Notes: generated from the letters alone by a model not told the origin. DNA of 64,000 nt from Candidatus Curtissbacteria bacterium RIFCSPHIGHO2_12_FULL_41_17 (GCA_001774945.1 MFBL01000043.1:2782-66781), one strand, 5' to 3'. Shown: positions 19,404 to 29,663, numbered from the stretch's first letter. A program made the numbers and translations.

Positions 19404-20476
19404 AAATGAAGATTTTAATAACAGGAGCAGGTGGTAGCGCCTCGATAGGACTTACACGTTGCCTAAAAAATTATTTTCCTAAGGCTAAAATTATCGGTGT
19501 AGAGTCAGATTTATTCAATTCAGCATTATCAGAAACAAATAGTACGTATCTTATCCCGCGGGCCAGTGACAAGGATTATATTAAGGTGCTCAACCATATA
19601 ATTCTAAAGGAGAAAATAGATTTTTTATATCCTCAAACCGATTCTGAAATTTCAGCTATAGCAAAGAATATTAGAAAAATTCAGTGTAAGACACTAATCC
19701 CTTCCTTTAAAATCATTTCAACTTGTCAAAACAAATATAAACTCAATAAACACCTATTTGCAAAAGGAATTCCTGTTCCCAAGACCATTCTTATAAAAAC
19801 ATCCAGTGACCTAAAAAATGCCACCAAGTATAAACTTTTTTGGCTAAGAAATGTTACAGGTGCCGGTGCAAAGGGCGCGTTTTTGGCGGAAAATTTTGAA
19901 CAAGCAATCTGGTGGATAAATTTTCAAAATGGTTGGGGCCACTTTACCGCATCAGAATACATGCCTGAGGATAACTATGGATGCGATTTACTTTTTGCTG
20001 GGGGGAAGCTCGTCTTCTCTCAAATCAAAAGGAGACTTGAGTATGTACTCTCAAAAGCAAACATCGTAGGAATAACTGGAACCACGGGCATTCTCGAGAC
20101 TGTCTCAACAAAATTCGACCTCAATGATATTTCTGAAAGAGCAGTGACTCTACTTGATAACAATATTTCAGGCGCTTTCTCAGTTGATATAAAGTGTGAC
20201 TCACTTTCAAAACCATATGTGACAGAGATAAATCCAGGAAGATTTCTATCATCCTCGATGCATTTATTCGCAGAAACTAAATTTCCTGCTCCCGCATTAG
20301 TAATTCTTGTTGCAAACGACCAAAAATTACCCTCTTTTCCCAAAAGAAATCCAATAAAAGGTGGTACCATCCTGATAAGACAACTAGATCGTAAGCCAGC
20401 GACAGTAAATCTGAAAAATCACAACAGATTAAGAAAAAAGTTTGAAAGAAAACATTATGTCAAATTAGAAACATGA
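19400..20476 (+). CDS. ATP-grasp domain protein (single CarB/PylC-like fold), probable amide ligase
   Basis: ILITGAGG, CQNKY, GIPVPKT, GAGAKG, SEYMP, TEINPGRF; ATGA overlap with the upstream gene. Confidence 0.85.
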   Translation: MKMKILITGAGGSASIGLTRCLKNYFPKAKIIGVESDLFNSALSETNSTYLIPRASDKDYIKVLNHIILKEKIDFLYPQTDSEISAIAKNIRKIQCKTLIPSFKIISTCQNKYKLNKHLFAKGIPVPKTILIKTSSDLKNATKYKLFWLRNVTGAGAKGAFLAENFEQAIWWINFQNGWGHFTASEYMPEDNYGCDLLFAGGKLVFSQIKRRLEYVLSKANIVGITGTTGILETVSTKFDLNDISERAVTLLDNNISGAFSVDIKCDSLSKPYVTEINPGRFLSSSMHLFAETKFPAPALVILVANDQKLPSFPKRNPIKGGTILIRQLDRKPATVNLKNHNRLRKKFERKHYVKLET

Positions 20477-21459
20477 TCAAGATTGCAGTTATCGGCCTAG
20501 GGTATATGGGGCAGGGGCACGTCCGAGTGCTTTCTTCACTATCAGAAGTTGATATAGTTGCAGTCTGCGATAAGGATTTTCAAAAAACAGAAAAAATATC
20601 AAAACAGTATAGAGTGAAACCGTACCGAAACTTTAAAAAACTTTTAAAAGAGGAAGAACTAGATGCTATCTCAATTTGTCTCCCCACATCGCTTCATTTC
20701 ATAGTTGCATCAAATGCAGCCAAAAAAGGAATTGCACTTTTTATCGAAAAACCAATATGTTCTAATTCCAAAGAAGCTAAGAAACTAATTGAGCTCGCTA
20801 GGTTTAAAAAAACTCCAATAATGGTGGGCCACATCGAAAGATTTAATCCAGTAGTCAACGAAATTAAACAGAGGATTAAATTAGGAGAGCTAGGGAGAAT
20901 CTTGCAAATTCATACCCAGAGATTTTCTCCCCCACCCGCAAGGGCATTCGACGTTTCTGCGGTTGTGGATTTAGCAACCCATGACATCGACATCATTCAA
21001 TATCTTCTTGACCAAAAACCCGTCAGAATTTACGCAGAGACTGACAACAAAGCTCACAGAAAAGAGGATTTAATGGCAGCGATTTTGAGGTTTAAAAATG
21101 GTGTAATCGGACTCGTTGAAGTGAGTTGGCTACATCCGACAAAAATTAGAAGGTTAACAGTTTTAGGTGAGAATGGAATGTATGTAGCAGATTATATTAC
21201 TCAAGAACTATTTTTTTACAGACAAAACGAGAATCTATTCAGAAAAAATAATATTTCTCCGACTACTCCTATTACACAAGCAGATATTGTCAAAATAGCC
21301 TTTCAAGCAAAAGAACCTCTTGAAATAGAACTCGAATCTTTTATTCAGGAACTTCTATCCGGGGCAAAGATGTCTGTCACAGCTGAAGATGGCTTAGTTG
21401 CTCTAACCTTGGCGGAGAAAATGATTAATTCTGGAACTTTCCATAAAGTTTTAAAATGA
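20473..21459 (+). CDS. Gfo/Idh/MocA oxidoreductase (WbpB/WlbA-like 3-dehydrogenase)
   Basis: IGLGYMGQGH, IEKP, VGHIERFNP, DLATHDID. Confidence 0.9.
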   Translation: MIKIAVIGLGYMGQGHVRVLSSLSEVDIVAVCDKDFQKTEKISKQYRVKPYRNFKKLLKEEELDAISICLPTSLHFIVASNAAKKGIALFIEKPICSNSKEAKKLIELARFKKTPIMVGHIERFNPVVNEIKQRIKLGELGRILQIHTQRFSPPPARAFDVSAVVDLATHDIDIIQYLLDQKPVRIYAETDNKAHRKEDLMAAILRFKNGVIGLVEVSWLHPTKIRRLTVLGENGMYVADYITQELFFYRQNENLFRKNNISPTTPITQADIVKIAFQAKEPLEIELESFIQELLSGAKMSVTAEDGLVALTLAEKMINSGTFHKVLK

Positions 21460-22733
21460 ATGCTGCGGTAATCGGATTAGGTTATGTAGGGCTACCACTT
21501 TCTATCAGGCTTGCTCAAACCGGTTTTGGAGTACTTGGTATTGATAAAGATCAAAAGAAGATTGAACTTTTAGGAAAAAATTTACTTCCTTTCGGTCTGA
21601 GAGAACCAAATTTGTTGAGTTTTTTTAAGCAAGCTCAAGTGAGTAAAAATTTAAAATTCACATCAACTTATGAAGAGATAAAAGATGTTGATATCATTTT
21701 CATCAGTGTTGATACACCAGTTGAAAAAAGACAACCAGATATCGCTTCTTTATTAGCGGCCACTAAGAGCATTGCAAAACATTTAAAAAAAAATCAGATA
21801 ATTGTCATTGAATCTACAGTTGCACCCAAAACAACTCAAGATTTAATTATTCCCCTACTTGAGAAGCTATCAAAGTTGAAGTTAAATCGAGACTTTTTCG
21901 TTGCGGTTGTTCCAGAAAGAATCCGTCCTAATTATATTTTTAAACAACTGACAACCTTGCCTAGAGTGATTGGAGTATCTGATCTTAGAATTAAGAAAGA
22001 ACTAAGAATAATTTATTCAAAAATAACTACTGGGAAGCTAAATTTTACAGACTTGGCTACCGCCGAAGTTGTCAAAACAGTAGAAAATGCCTATCGGGAT
22101 GTTAATATCGCCTTTGCCAATGAGATAGCACTTGCTTGCGAAGATCTAGGGGTAGACGTATGGAAAATCAGAGAACTTGTCAATAAGTCACCATGGCGAG
22201 ATATGCATAAACCAGGATCAGGGGTTGGCGGGCACTGCATTCCAAAAGATCCATGGCTTTTAGCGTCTTCTGTCAAAAAACACCAAATGAGGTTAATTGA
22301 AACAGCCAGAAGCATAAATGATAATATGCCTGCGCACATTTTTGCATTAGCGGAAGAAGCGCTCAAAGAAAAGAAAATCAAAATTGCCAGTGCAAATCTT
22401 GCCATACTCGGTTATGCATATGTTGGCAATTCAGACGACACCAGAAATTCTCCAACTGAATCGTTAATACAAATCCTAAAGAACAAAAAAGTTAAATATA
22501 AGGTTCATGACCCATACGTCAAAGATTTTTCAAATCACTCTGTAGAGATGACAGCAAAAGGGGCAGACGTTTTAATTATCATGGTAAACCATGACGTATA
22601 TAAAAAAATCAATTATAAAAAAGTTGCGAAAGTAATAAAAACGAAAATTATCATTGATGGCCGGAACTTGGTGCCGGCCGAACTTGTCAGAAAGTTGGGT
22701 TTTGTCTATAAGGGTGTTGGAAACACCAGTTAA
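21456..22733 (+). CDS. UDP-N-acetylhexosamine 6-dehydrogenase (WbpA/WecC family)
   Basis: IGLGYVGLP, ESTVAP, PER, KTVENAYRDVNIAFANE, GVGGHCIPKDP, DDTRNSP. Confidence 0.93.
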   Translation: MNAAVIGLGYVGLPLSIRLAQTGFGVLGIDKDQKKIELLGKNLLPFGLREPNLLSFFKQAQVSKNLKFTSTYEEIKDVDIIFISVDTPVEKRQPDIASLLAATKSIAKHLKKNQIIVIESTVAPKTTQDLIIPLLEKLSKLKLNRDFFVAVVPERIRPNYIFKQLTTLPRVIGVSDLRIKKELRIIYSKITTGKLNFTDLATAEVVKTVENAYRDVNIAFANEIALACEDLGVDVWKIRELVNKSPWRDMHKPGSGVGGHCIPKDPWLLASSVKKHQMRLIETARSINDNMPAHIFALAEEALKEKKIKIASANLAILGYAYVGNSDDTRNSPTESLIQILKNKKVKYKVHDPYVKDFSNHSVEMTAKGADVLIIMVNHDVYKKINYKKVAKVIKTKIIIDGRNLVPAELVRKLGFVYKGVGNTS

Positions 22734-23872
22734 TGAAAAAATATTTTCTATTAGGACTGCTTATAAAATTCCTCTTTGTAGTCTTTACTTTTCACTTGGA
22801 CACCTTATTTATTTGGGAAAGACCGGCACATTTTATTCAAAATTTACATACAATCAGTTCCTATTACGGGCCGTTAACATACATTACCTTCGGTATGCTT
22901 TCACCGATTTATTTCCTAAGCCAGAACATCGGGTATTGGATATTAAAAATCCCTTACTTGTTTGTGGACATTTATATACTTTATTTATTGTTGAAAATGT
23001 CACCTAAAGCTATTCATAAAAAGGTCCTTGTCTTTTGGTGGCTGAACCCCATTGTCATATTCTCGACGTATGCGATGGGGCAATTAGACATAATTTTATC
23101 TTTGTGCGTGGTGCTTTCCGTGTATGTTGCCAAGAGACACCATGTCTTTTCAATCTTATCTCTTGGAGCAGGTGTGGCATATAAAACAATGACCCTGCCG
23201 CTTCTTATTTCCTCATCACTAATTCTAGAAAAAAATTTAGTTAAAAGGATTGAAATGATAGCAATCGGGATATCTGTGCCACTGTTACTTGGGATACTAT
23301 TCTGGTTACCCTCGCACCAAAATATTTCAAATACCTATTTTCCAACAGGCATTATTTTCTATCCCAAATTGTCAATGACCCCGGACGCCATTTGGGAATA
23401 TTCGAGTTTATTTATAGGAATAATCGGCTTTTTTGCAGTCCAATACCTGCTGATTAAAAAGAAAATAGACATTTCTAATTTTGCGCACGTATTATTCGTC
23501 TCGCTTGCGTTCGTTATAATTGCCCTACCCATCTACTCGGTTTTTAGATATACGATATTAATGCCATTACTGGTACTCGTTTCATTAAAAGTGAAAAAAG
23601 CCTTAGTGCTAGCACTTATTCTAATTTTGCTGCCGCTTGGTTATCTATACATTTGGCCTCTCGAGTGGGGCTTAATCGCCCATATTTACCCTCAGGCTAA
23701 AAATTTACCGGCACTGCGCGAATGGGTTTCCCTAGTGGTAAATTACGAAAATGCAGCATTTTTATTCAGAGTTATTGCTGATAGCCTGATTTTCTATTTG
23801 GCAATCATATCACTTAAAAAAACGTTCCATCATAAAACTTTATCCAATCAAATAAGTGGCAACCATATTTAA
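22733..23872 (+). CDS. membrane glycosyltransferase, GT-C-like (GT87/PIG-M-like)
   Basis: YYGPL, LKIPYLFVD, WWLNPIVI, GQLD; multi-TM. Confidence 0.65.
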   Translation: MKKYFLLGLLIKFLFVVFTFHLDTLFIWERPAHFIQNLHTISSYYGPLTYITFGMLSPIYFLSQNIGYWILKIPYLFVDIYILYLLLKMSPKAIHKKVLVFWWLNPIVIFSTYAMGQLDIILSLCVVLSVYVAKRHHVFSILSLGAGVAYKTMTLPLLISSSLILEKNLVKRIEMIAIGISVPLLLGILFWLPSHQNISNTYFPTGIIFYPKLSMTPDAIWEYSSLFIGIIGFFAVQYLLIKKKIDISNFAHVLFVSLAFVIIALPIYSVFRYTILMPLLVLVSLKVKKALVLALILILLPLGYLYIWPLEWGLIAHIYPQAKNLPALREWVSLVVNYENAAFLFRVIADSLIFYLAIISLKKTFHHKTLSNQISGNHI

Positions 23873-25373
23873 ATACCAACTAACACTTTTAATTTTTCTC
23901 CTACTGCTGTGGAACATCTTCATGCCGATTTTTGAAGGTGCTGATGAAGAAGGCCATTTTTGTTCAGCCGACTACATTGCTCATAAAAATAAGTTACCAA
24001 ACTTGCTGATAAATGACGGTTGCTTTATATGGCATCCTCCCTTGTACTATCTTTATCTTTCTCCATTCATTAGATTATTTCACACGCCACAGCATACACC
24101 TTTTGATGTCAAAGAAAACCCCAAAGCATTCTTATTAAGAAAGGGGCAGTACGCCCAGTACGTTCATACGAAAAAAGAGATGACATTCAGATGGAATACT
24201 CTTCAGCTTATGGTACATGTGCTTCGCTTATTGACCTCATTTTTTGCCGTTTTAATATTTATCATTACCTGGAAAGCTGCCAGAAATATCTTTTCCGAAA
24301 AGTTAGCCCGGAATTTGTCTTTGCTTCTATTCTTTAACCCAATGTTTATTCATATATTCACGACATTAACAAACGTGACACTAGTAAGTTTAATCGCAAC
24401 AGTGGTGATCTTGATAGATCTTGCGCATGCAAAAGAGTCTAAAAGCCTAAAAGTCGTATTTATCCAAGGCCTGTTAATAGGTTTTGGTTACATTACAAAG
24501 ATTACTATTTTGTCTTTAATTCCCGTCTGGCTTATTTTAATGATTGTTGAACAGCATAAGTTTAAATACTCGTTAAGGTTACTTATCGGCAAAGTTTCCA
24601 TTTTTACAATTGGGTTTGCTTTAAGTGCCGGTTGGTATCTTGCCAGGAATTTAATGCTTTACGGCAATATTCTGGAAGTAAATGCACTGGCAAAAACATA
24701 TGGGGCAAGTGCCCACGATTTACTGCTGGAGCGTGTCGGCCTTTTAAATTATTTAAACAGCATTGCACTGACACTATTTAAAACCTTTTGGTCCGGCTAT
24801 GGATATTTAACAATAAGATTTCCCGAATTTGTGAACCTACCTTTGCTCATAGTTTTGTTATTAATAATTTATACAATCTATGTGAATTACAAAAAACTGA
24901 ACCGGGAATTAACAATTGCCCTTATTTACGCAGTCGGTGTGATTGGGGGTCTGGTCATTATGAACTTTAGGCTTTCCGCAATGCACGCAAAGGACCTTTT
25001 CCCTGCTTATATGCCTCTTGCGCTATTGTTTGGATACGGCTTGTTTCATGCTAAAGACACCATCAAGAAAGGCCGTTTACGATTTTTTACAATTGTAAGT
25101 TTAATTCTCGGTTCCTATCTTTTTGCGCAAGTGGAAATTGTAAAATTATTAAAGGCATTGTTTCAATTTCAGTGGGCTCCGGTAGTACCTCTTCTTTTGG
25201 CAATAGCTATAAAAACCGTTCTTGTTTTCGCGCTTGTTAAAATTGTTGTGAGCTTCATAGGTAAGGCGAAATTTGACCCAAAAAGCGTTGTTGTTCTTAC
25301 ATACCTCATTGCAATATTTGACATTTTCATCCTATTTTCAAGCGTTTATCTGTTATACAAAAGCTTCATTTAA
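23856..25373 (+). CDS. GT-C (ArnT/PMT/DUF2142-like) membrane glycosyltransferase
   Basis: PIFEGADEEGH, HPPLYY, WYLARN..LYG, TFWSGYG; GTG start; multi-TM. Confidence 0.75.
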   Translation: MATIFKYQLTLLIFLLLLWNIFMPIFEGADEEGHFCSADYIAHKNKLPNLLINDGCFIWHPPLYYLYLSPFIRLFHTPQHTPFDVKENPKAFLLRKGQYAQYVHTKKEMTFRWNTLQLMVHVLRLLTSFFAVLIFIITWKAARNIFSEKLARNLSLLLFFNPMFIHIFTTLTNVTLVSLIATVVILIDLAHAKESKSLKVVFIQGLLIGFGYITKITILSLIPVWLILMIVEQHKFKYSLRLLIGKVSIFTIGFALSAGWYLARNLMLYGNILEVNALAKTYGASAHDLLLERVGLLNYLNSIALTLFKTFWSGYGYLTIRFPEFVNLPLLIVLLLIIYTIYVNYKKLNRELTIALIYAVGVIGGLVIMNFRLSAMHAKDLFPAYMPLALLFGYGLFHAKDTIKKGRLRFFTIVSLILGSYLFAQVEIVKLLKALFQFQWAPVVPLLLAIAIKTVLVFALVKIVVSFIGKAKFDPKSVVVLTYLIAIFDIFILFSSVYLLYKSFI

Positions 25374-25374
25374 T

Positions 25375-26505
25375 CTAAAAAAGATTATTGTACCTTTCTA
25401 TAAGAATTGGGTTAACGCTATTTAAATCGAAGTTGTGAATTCTGGTCAATGACGGGACAATTAAAGCAAAAGTTAGAAGAAGAAGAATCGATAACACAAA
25501 AAACTTTCTTAAAGTCTCATTTTTCAAATCTATGGATTTGAAAACCGCAGACATACCCGCACCCGTAAAAGTTGCCAGTGGAGGCATTAAGGGCAAACTG
25601 TAATACTCGTGTGTGGAGACATGTCTGTTGAAAAACGCCGCGTATAAAATCGAAGCAAATAACCACGTTTTCCATAAAGCCATAGACTTTTCCCTCCAGC
25701 TGTAGAAAAGTCCTATTATAAAAAATAAAAGCCCGATTGTTGTAAGGGCGTTGATATGTAATATGTTAAATACAGATGTATAAAAACGGTAATCCAGAAA
25801 AAACAAAGGGTCAAACCAATTTAGTATGGCATAGGCCCCGCTATAACCTTCACCTTTCATTATCATTGATGCACGGATAGACCAGACGATAATTGGCATG
25901 AAAAAAATTAGATATTTTAAAATTCCCAATCGTATCTTTGTATGTTTCTTTAAGGTAAAGATAAGCCCAAATAGATAAAATGGCAGCTTGATAAACCCTG
26001 ATATCATCAAAAAGAAATAAGAAGAATAATAAATGGAAATAAGTAGAAACATAAGTGCAAGCTCATCCGGCTGATATGATCTGCTTACAAGTACATGTAG
26101 AGGAGAAAATACAAAAACAAGAAGAGCCGGGAAAAGTAACTTTTTGTCTGAATGTTTTAAAATTATGAGCGCGAAAAATATCGAACTTATCAAATAAGCA
26201 AATATAGAAACCAATCTGCCTAAAATAAGATTTTGCCCAAATGACGAATATAATCCTGCTGTAATTAGGTTATAAATAGGTAATTCCAGAACAAGCGGGG
26301 TAGGGTAGCCCTTTTCGTATCTTATTTTGGGAATCCAAAAGTCGTTCCAACCATTAGCATAAATATTTCTGGTTATTTCTGCCGTTTGCGTTTGCCTTTC
26401 CGGGAAATATTCCAAAATAGGTTGATTTATCCTATAGAACCTTAATGCTAATCCCGACAGAATAATTATAGTTACTAAAATGTTTCTTTCTAAGGTGGTC
26501 ATCAA
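25375..26505 (-). CDS. ArnT-like (GT39/GT83) membrane glycosyltransferase
   Basis: RQTQTA..TRN, LELPIY, GRLVS, SRSYQPDE, HEYYSLP. Confidence 0.75.
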   Translation of the reverse strand: MMTTLERNILVTIIILSGLALRFYRINQPILEYFPERQTQTAEITRNIYANGWNDFWIPKIRYEKGYPTPLVLELPIYNLITAGLYSSFGQNLILGRLVSIFAYLISSIFFALIILKHSDKKLLFPALLVFVFSPLHVLVSRSYQPDELALMFLLISIYYSSYFFLMISGFIKLPFYLFGLIFTLKKHTKIRLGILKYLIFFMPIIVWSIRASMIMKGEGYSGAYAILNWFDPLFFLDYRFYTSVFNILHINALTTIGLLFFIIGLFYSWREKSMALWKTWLFASILYAAFFNRHVSTHEYYSLPLMPPLATFTGAGMSAVFKSIDLKNETLRKFFVLSILLLLTFALIVPSLTRIHNFDLNSVNPILIERYNNLF

Positions 26506-28025
26506 GAGTGAATTACATGTTCAATAAAATCAAAAATTTTTTGATATGAATCTTTACCAAACGCGTCACAGCAATTTTTAACGACCTTATCCTGAATTGA
26601 TCTTTGTTTGGCCAAAGCACGGGGATTGCCGATAAACTTAAGAATTACCCTGTCTATTTTGGGCAAAGATTTAATCGGCACATTCACCGCGGCACCGCTT
26701 TTCGTCATAAAATTACCATCAACCTCTTGGAGCCACGAGTTGTGAAAGAAAAAAAGAGGCTTTTTGTAAAGCATCGCCTGGAAACCTGCTGTGGTGGCCC
26801 CAGTAAGGACTATGTCGTTATTTTTAATATCATCAGCAAGGGGGTGTGTACTGAACCCGAAATTTGAAGGAAGATCAATTGCTTTAAAATCACCCCCCTT
26901 ATTATAAGATGGATGCGCCCTTACCGTTATTAGAAATCTATTTGGCAGTTTTGATAAACCATTAATCAAGTCTCTTGTCACTGTACCATTCTCTATAGAA
27001 CGAAAAATTGCTTCCGTTCCAAACGGCGGCGCCAAAAGAACTAGAATGCCTATTGTTTTCTTTTTCTGAATGGCAAAATCATTCTTACCCACAGCATATT
27101 TTTTTAGAAAAGGAGACCCTACTTCAATTTTAACTTGGCGCATATTCTTGACTATTTCTGCCTGCTGTTTGGACCACATAAGTTCATAATCGCTTCGGTA
27201 AAACTGGGCATCAGTTTCCCACAACCAAATACCATGTTGGATTTCGGCAGAAGGAATACCTAATTTGTGAGCCATCAAACAAAAAGCCGATCCCGTTAAG
27301 TCATTGCTTGTAGTAGTCAACAGTAAGCGTGCCGAACTTAAAGAAAGCAATTTATTTGCTAACGATAATAGGCTTACTATTTCCGGAAACTGCACCAGTC
27401 GCAAGAACCATAGTCGTTTTTTCCAGTAATGACTACCGAATGGATAAACACGTGGTGTACTGCGTTGCCCTCTAGAGACAAAATAAGCTAGATATTTAAG
27501 CCTGCTAAATCTGTCCAAAAAAGATAATCCGCTTTGGAAATCAAAATAATCAATGGACGATTTGGACAATTGCTTTTTAAAGTGTTCGTTAAGTTTACCA
27601 ACGACCAGAATATCATATTTCCTGTGCAAAAAAGTTATTAGACCAAAAAGCTCTTCAATATGTCTTCCGCTTCCCAAGATAATGAGAGGAAAAATTTTAG
27701 AAACTTGAACTTGCTTACGAGCGTGCATGGTATCTTTAACTAAATCATAAGTCCTAAATAATATTTCCAGTATTTTTTTAAATCTATTTGTGCCGCGATT
27801 AACAATTAGCGGATAATTTGCCCAGACATCCATTACTAACCCTGACTGATTTTCCAAATCAAACAGACAGGAGAGAAAGTAATGCTGAGAAAAAGCTTGC
27901 ACAGTCTCAATTGCCACGCCTTTAAACTTAAAGTTGAGTTTTGGGTAATATCTTGAAATCCAGGAGTTAGAAAGATTAGCAGAGAGACTGTAATTTTTCT
28001 TTGTCTCCTGATAAGACTTAGGCAT
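26502..28025 (-). CDS. GT-B fold protein, candidate nonulosonate transferase
   Basis: AEIQHG, VGSP, VRAHP, TTAGFQAMLYKKP motifs as seen in capsule/sialyltransferase-like GT-B proteins; lies at the end of the pse block. Confidence 0.5.
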   Translation of the reverse strand: MPKSYQETKKNYSLSANLSNSWISRYYPKLNFKFKGVAIETVQAFSQHYFLSCLFDLENQSGLVMDVWANYPLIVNRGTNRFKKILEILFRTYDLVKDTMHARKQVQVSKIFPLIILGSGRHIEELFGLITFLHRKYDILVVGKLNEHFKKQLSKSSIDYFDFQSGLSFLDRFSRLKYLAYFVSRGQRSTPRVYPFGSHYWKKRLWFLRLVQFPEIVSLLSLANKLLSLSSARLLLTTTSNDLTGSAFCLMAHKLGIPSAEIQHGIWLWETDAQFYRSDYELMWSKQQAEIVKNMRQVKIEVGSPFLKKYAVGKNDFAIQKKKTIGILVLLAPPFGTEAIFRSIENGTVTRDLINGLSKLPNRFLITVRAHPSYNKGGDFKAIDLPSNFGFSTHPLADDIKNNDIVLTGATTAGFQAMLYKKPLFFFHNSWLQEVDGNFMTKSGAAVNVPIKSLPKIDRVILKFIGNPRALAKQRSIQDKVVKNCCDAFGKDSYQKIFDFIEHVIHS

Positions 28026-28539
28026 GGCGGTGAATTTTAGCGAGAGTAGCGTTTACTACCTCTATATAAAGAGGGTATAAATCATTGTAGACATCCGCCT
28101 CGACTTTATTTTTGATACTATCTATTCTTATAAATTTTTCAACAATTACTTTTCCGCCGTCAACTTTTTCGGTCATCCAATGAGATGCCACTGAAGCCTT
28201 GTTAACTCCGTCATTTATTAGTCTTAAAATGGGTTTTGCACCTTTGTATTTATATAAGCATGGATGGATGTTAATGCAGGGTATGGATTTTACCAAATGA
28301 GGACTAAAGATCTTCTTACCATGACAGCACAGTAGTAAATCAATCTGCTTTGCTAACTTTTCAATTAATTCTTGATCATCCAATTTATGTTTGGGGAAAA
28401 TTTGCAGGTTGAATTCTTCGGCTATTTTTTCGATTTTTTCGTCTTCGCAAAAAACAGCTCTTATATTGTGTCCTTTGGCAATCAAGTTCAGTAGAACTAT
28501 CATACCTGTACTTTGACCACCATAAAAAGCAATTTTCAT
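28018..28539 (-). CDS. N10-formyl-THF-dependent formyltransferase (sugar N-formyltransferase-like)
   Basis: CINIHPCLYKYKG, HWMTEKVDGG; start MKIAFYGG at 28539. Confidence 0.85.
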   Translation of the reverse strand: MKIAFYGGQSTGMIVLLNLIAKGHNIRAVFCEDEKIEKIAEEFNLQIFPKHKLDDQELIEKLAKQIDLLLCCHGKKIFSPHLVKSIPCINIHPCLYKYKGAKPILRLINDGVNKASVASHWMTEKVDGGKVIVEKFIRIDSIKNKVEADVYNDLYPLYIEVVNATLAKIHRHA

Positions 28540-28541
28540 CT

Positions 28542-29663
28542 TTAATTTGTTTTGACCATTTTCCAAGAAAGTGGTGTACCGCGTTCTATATCGCCTTTTG
28601 CAGTCCTCCCTATAACATCTTCATAATACTTAGGAGCCAACCCGTCTCCGGGCCTGATACATCTCACGTTGTCTGGTGTTAAAGTATCGCCCTTTTTGAT
28701 ATCATTGATGGCAAAAATCGATTGCGAAAACCTTCTACCATTGTAGATTTCGGCTGGGTTTACTGGTCCGTACTTTACTCTCCCTATAACTTCTTTTGCA
28801 AATGGTGTGTTTAAAATATCCGTCCCCATTTTTTCATTTTTTCGGATTTGCCGAACCATCTGAGCAACTTCATCTGGCTCTATCGAAAATGAGGCATCAG
28901 GCCCACCCATCGAACGCTTTAAAATTACATGCTTTTCGACTATGGCAGCACCTAGAGCTGCTGCAACAATGGGAATTTTGATACCGCCATTATTATCAGA
29001 AAATCCTGTGACTGCCTTAAACCTTTTGGATATATCCGGTATTGTTTTAAGATTGATATCGGCAAGTGCTGGTTTCGAAGCGTAGCTTGTTACGCAATGA
29101 AGAATTGCAATCTGGTCCACACCGTTTTCTTTTAGAGTTTTTAGAGCAAGTTTAATATCAGAAATGCTTGCAAATCCCACAGAAAGGATAACAGGCTTAC
29201 CTATTTTTGCAACCTTTCTCAAAAGAGGAATATGACTTGCTTCATAAGAGGAAATTTTGTAGGCCGGAGGATTGATTTCTTTTTCTAAATAATCAACAGC
29301 CGTCTCATCAAATGGCGTCGAAAAAAGGATTAAGCCTAAGCTTTTTGCAAGTTTTGAAAGTTTTGGTTGCCAGTCCCAAGGGGTATAAGCGGTTTTGTAA
29401 AGGTCATAAAGTTTGTGTCCTCTCCAAGCGTTTGGCGTATCTTCAGACTCCACGATAAACCACTTCTTATCACAATCAATTGTTAGAGTGTCTGGTGTAT
29501 AAGTTTGCAATTTGACAGCATCTACACCGGCAGCGGCTACTGCTTTAATTAACCGGACGGCTTCATCATAATTTTGGTGATGGTTCCCCGAAATCTCAGC
29601 AACAATAAAACAAGGATGACCTTGACCGATTTTCCTGTGGCCAATCTTAATAACTTTTGCCAT
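28542..29663 (-). CDS. pseI: pseudaminic acid synthase (NeuB family with SAF domain)
   Basis: IVAEISGNH, AVKLQTYTPDT, AYTPWDWQ, STPFD, IVEKH, GGPDASFSIEP, IRPGDGLAP; start MAKVIKIG at 29663. Confidence 0.9.
   Translation of the reverse strand: MAKVIKIGHRKIGQGHPCFIVAEISGNHHQNYDEAVRLIKAVAAAGVDAVKLQTYTPDTLTIDCDKKWFIVESEDTPNAWRGHKLYDLYKTAYTPWDWQPKLSKLAKSLGLILFSTPFDETAVDYLEKEINPPAYKISSYEASHIPLLRKVAKIGKPVILSVGFASISDIKLALKTLKENGVDQIAILHCVTSYASKPALADINLKTIPDISKRFKAVTGFSDNNGGIKIPIVAAALGAAIVEKHVILKRSMGGPDASFSIEPDEVAQMVRQIRKNEKMGTDILNTPFAKEVIGRVKYGPVNPAEIYNGRRFSQSIFAINDIKKGDTLTPDNVRCIRPGDGLAPKYYEDVIGRTAKGDIERGTPLSWKMVKTN

Noticed and set aside
19400-20476. Carbamoyl-phosphate synthase large subunit (carB)
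   Set aside because: Only one ~360-aa ATP-grasp unit, no carA nearby, and a glycan-operon context.
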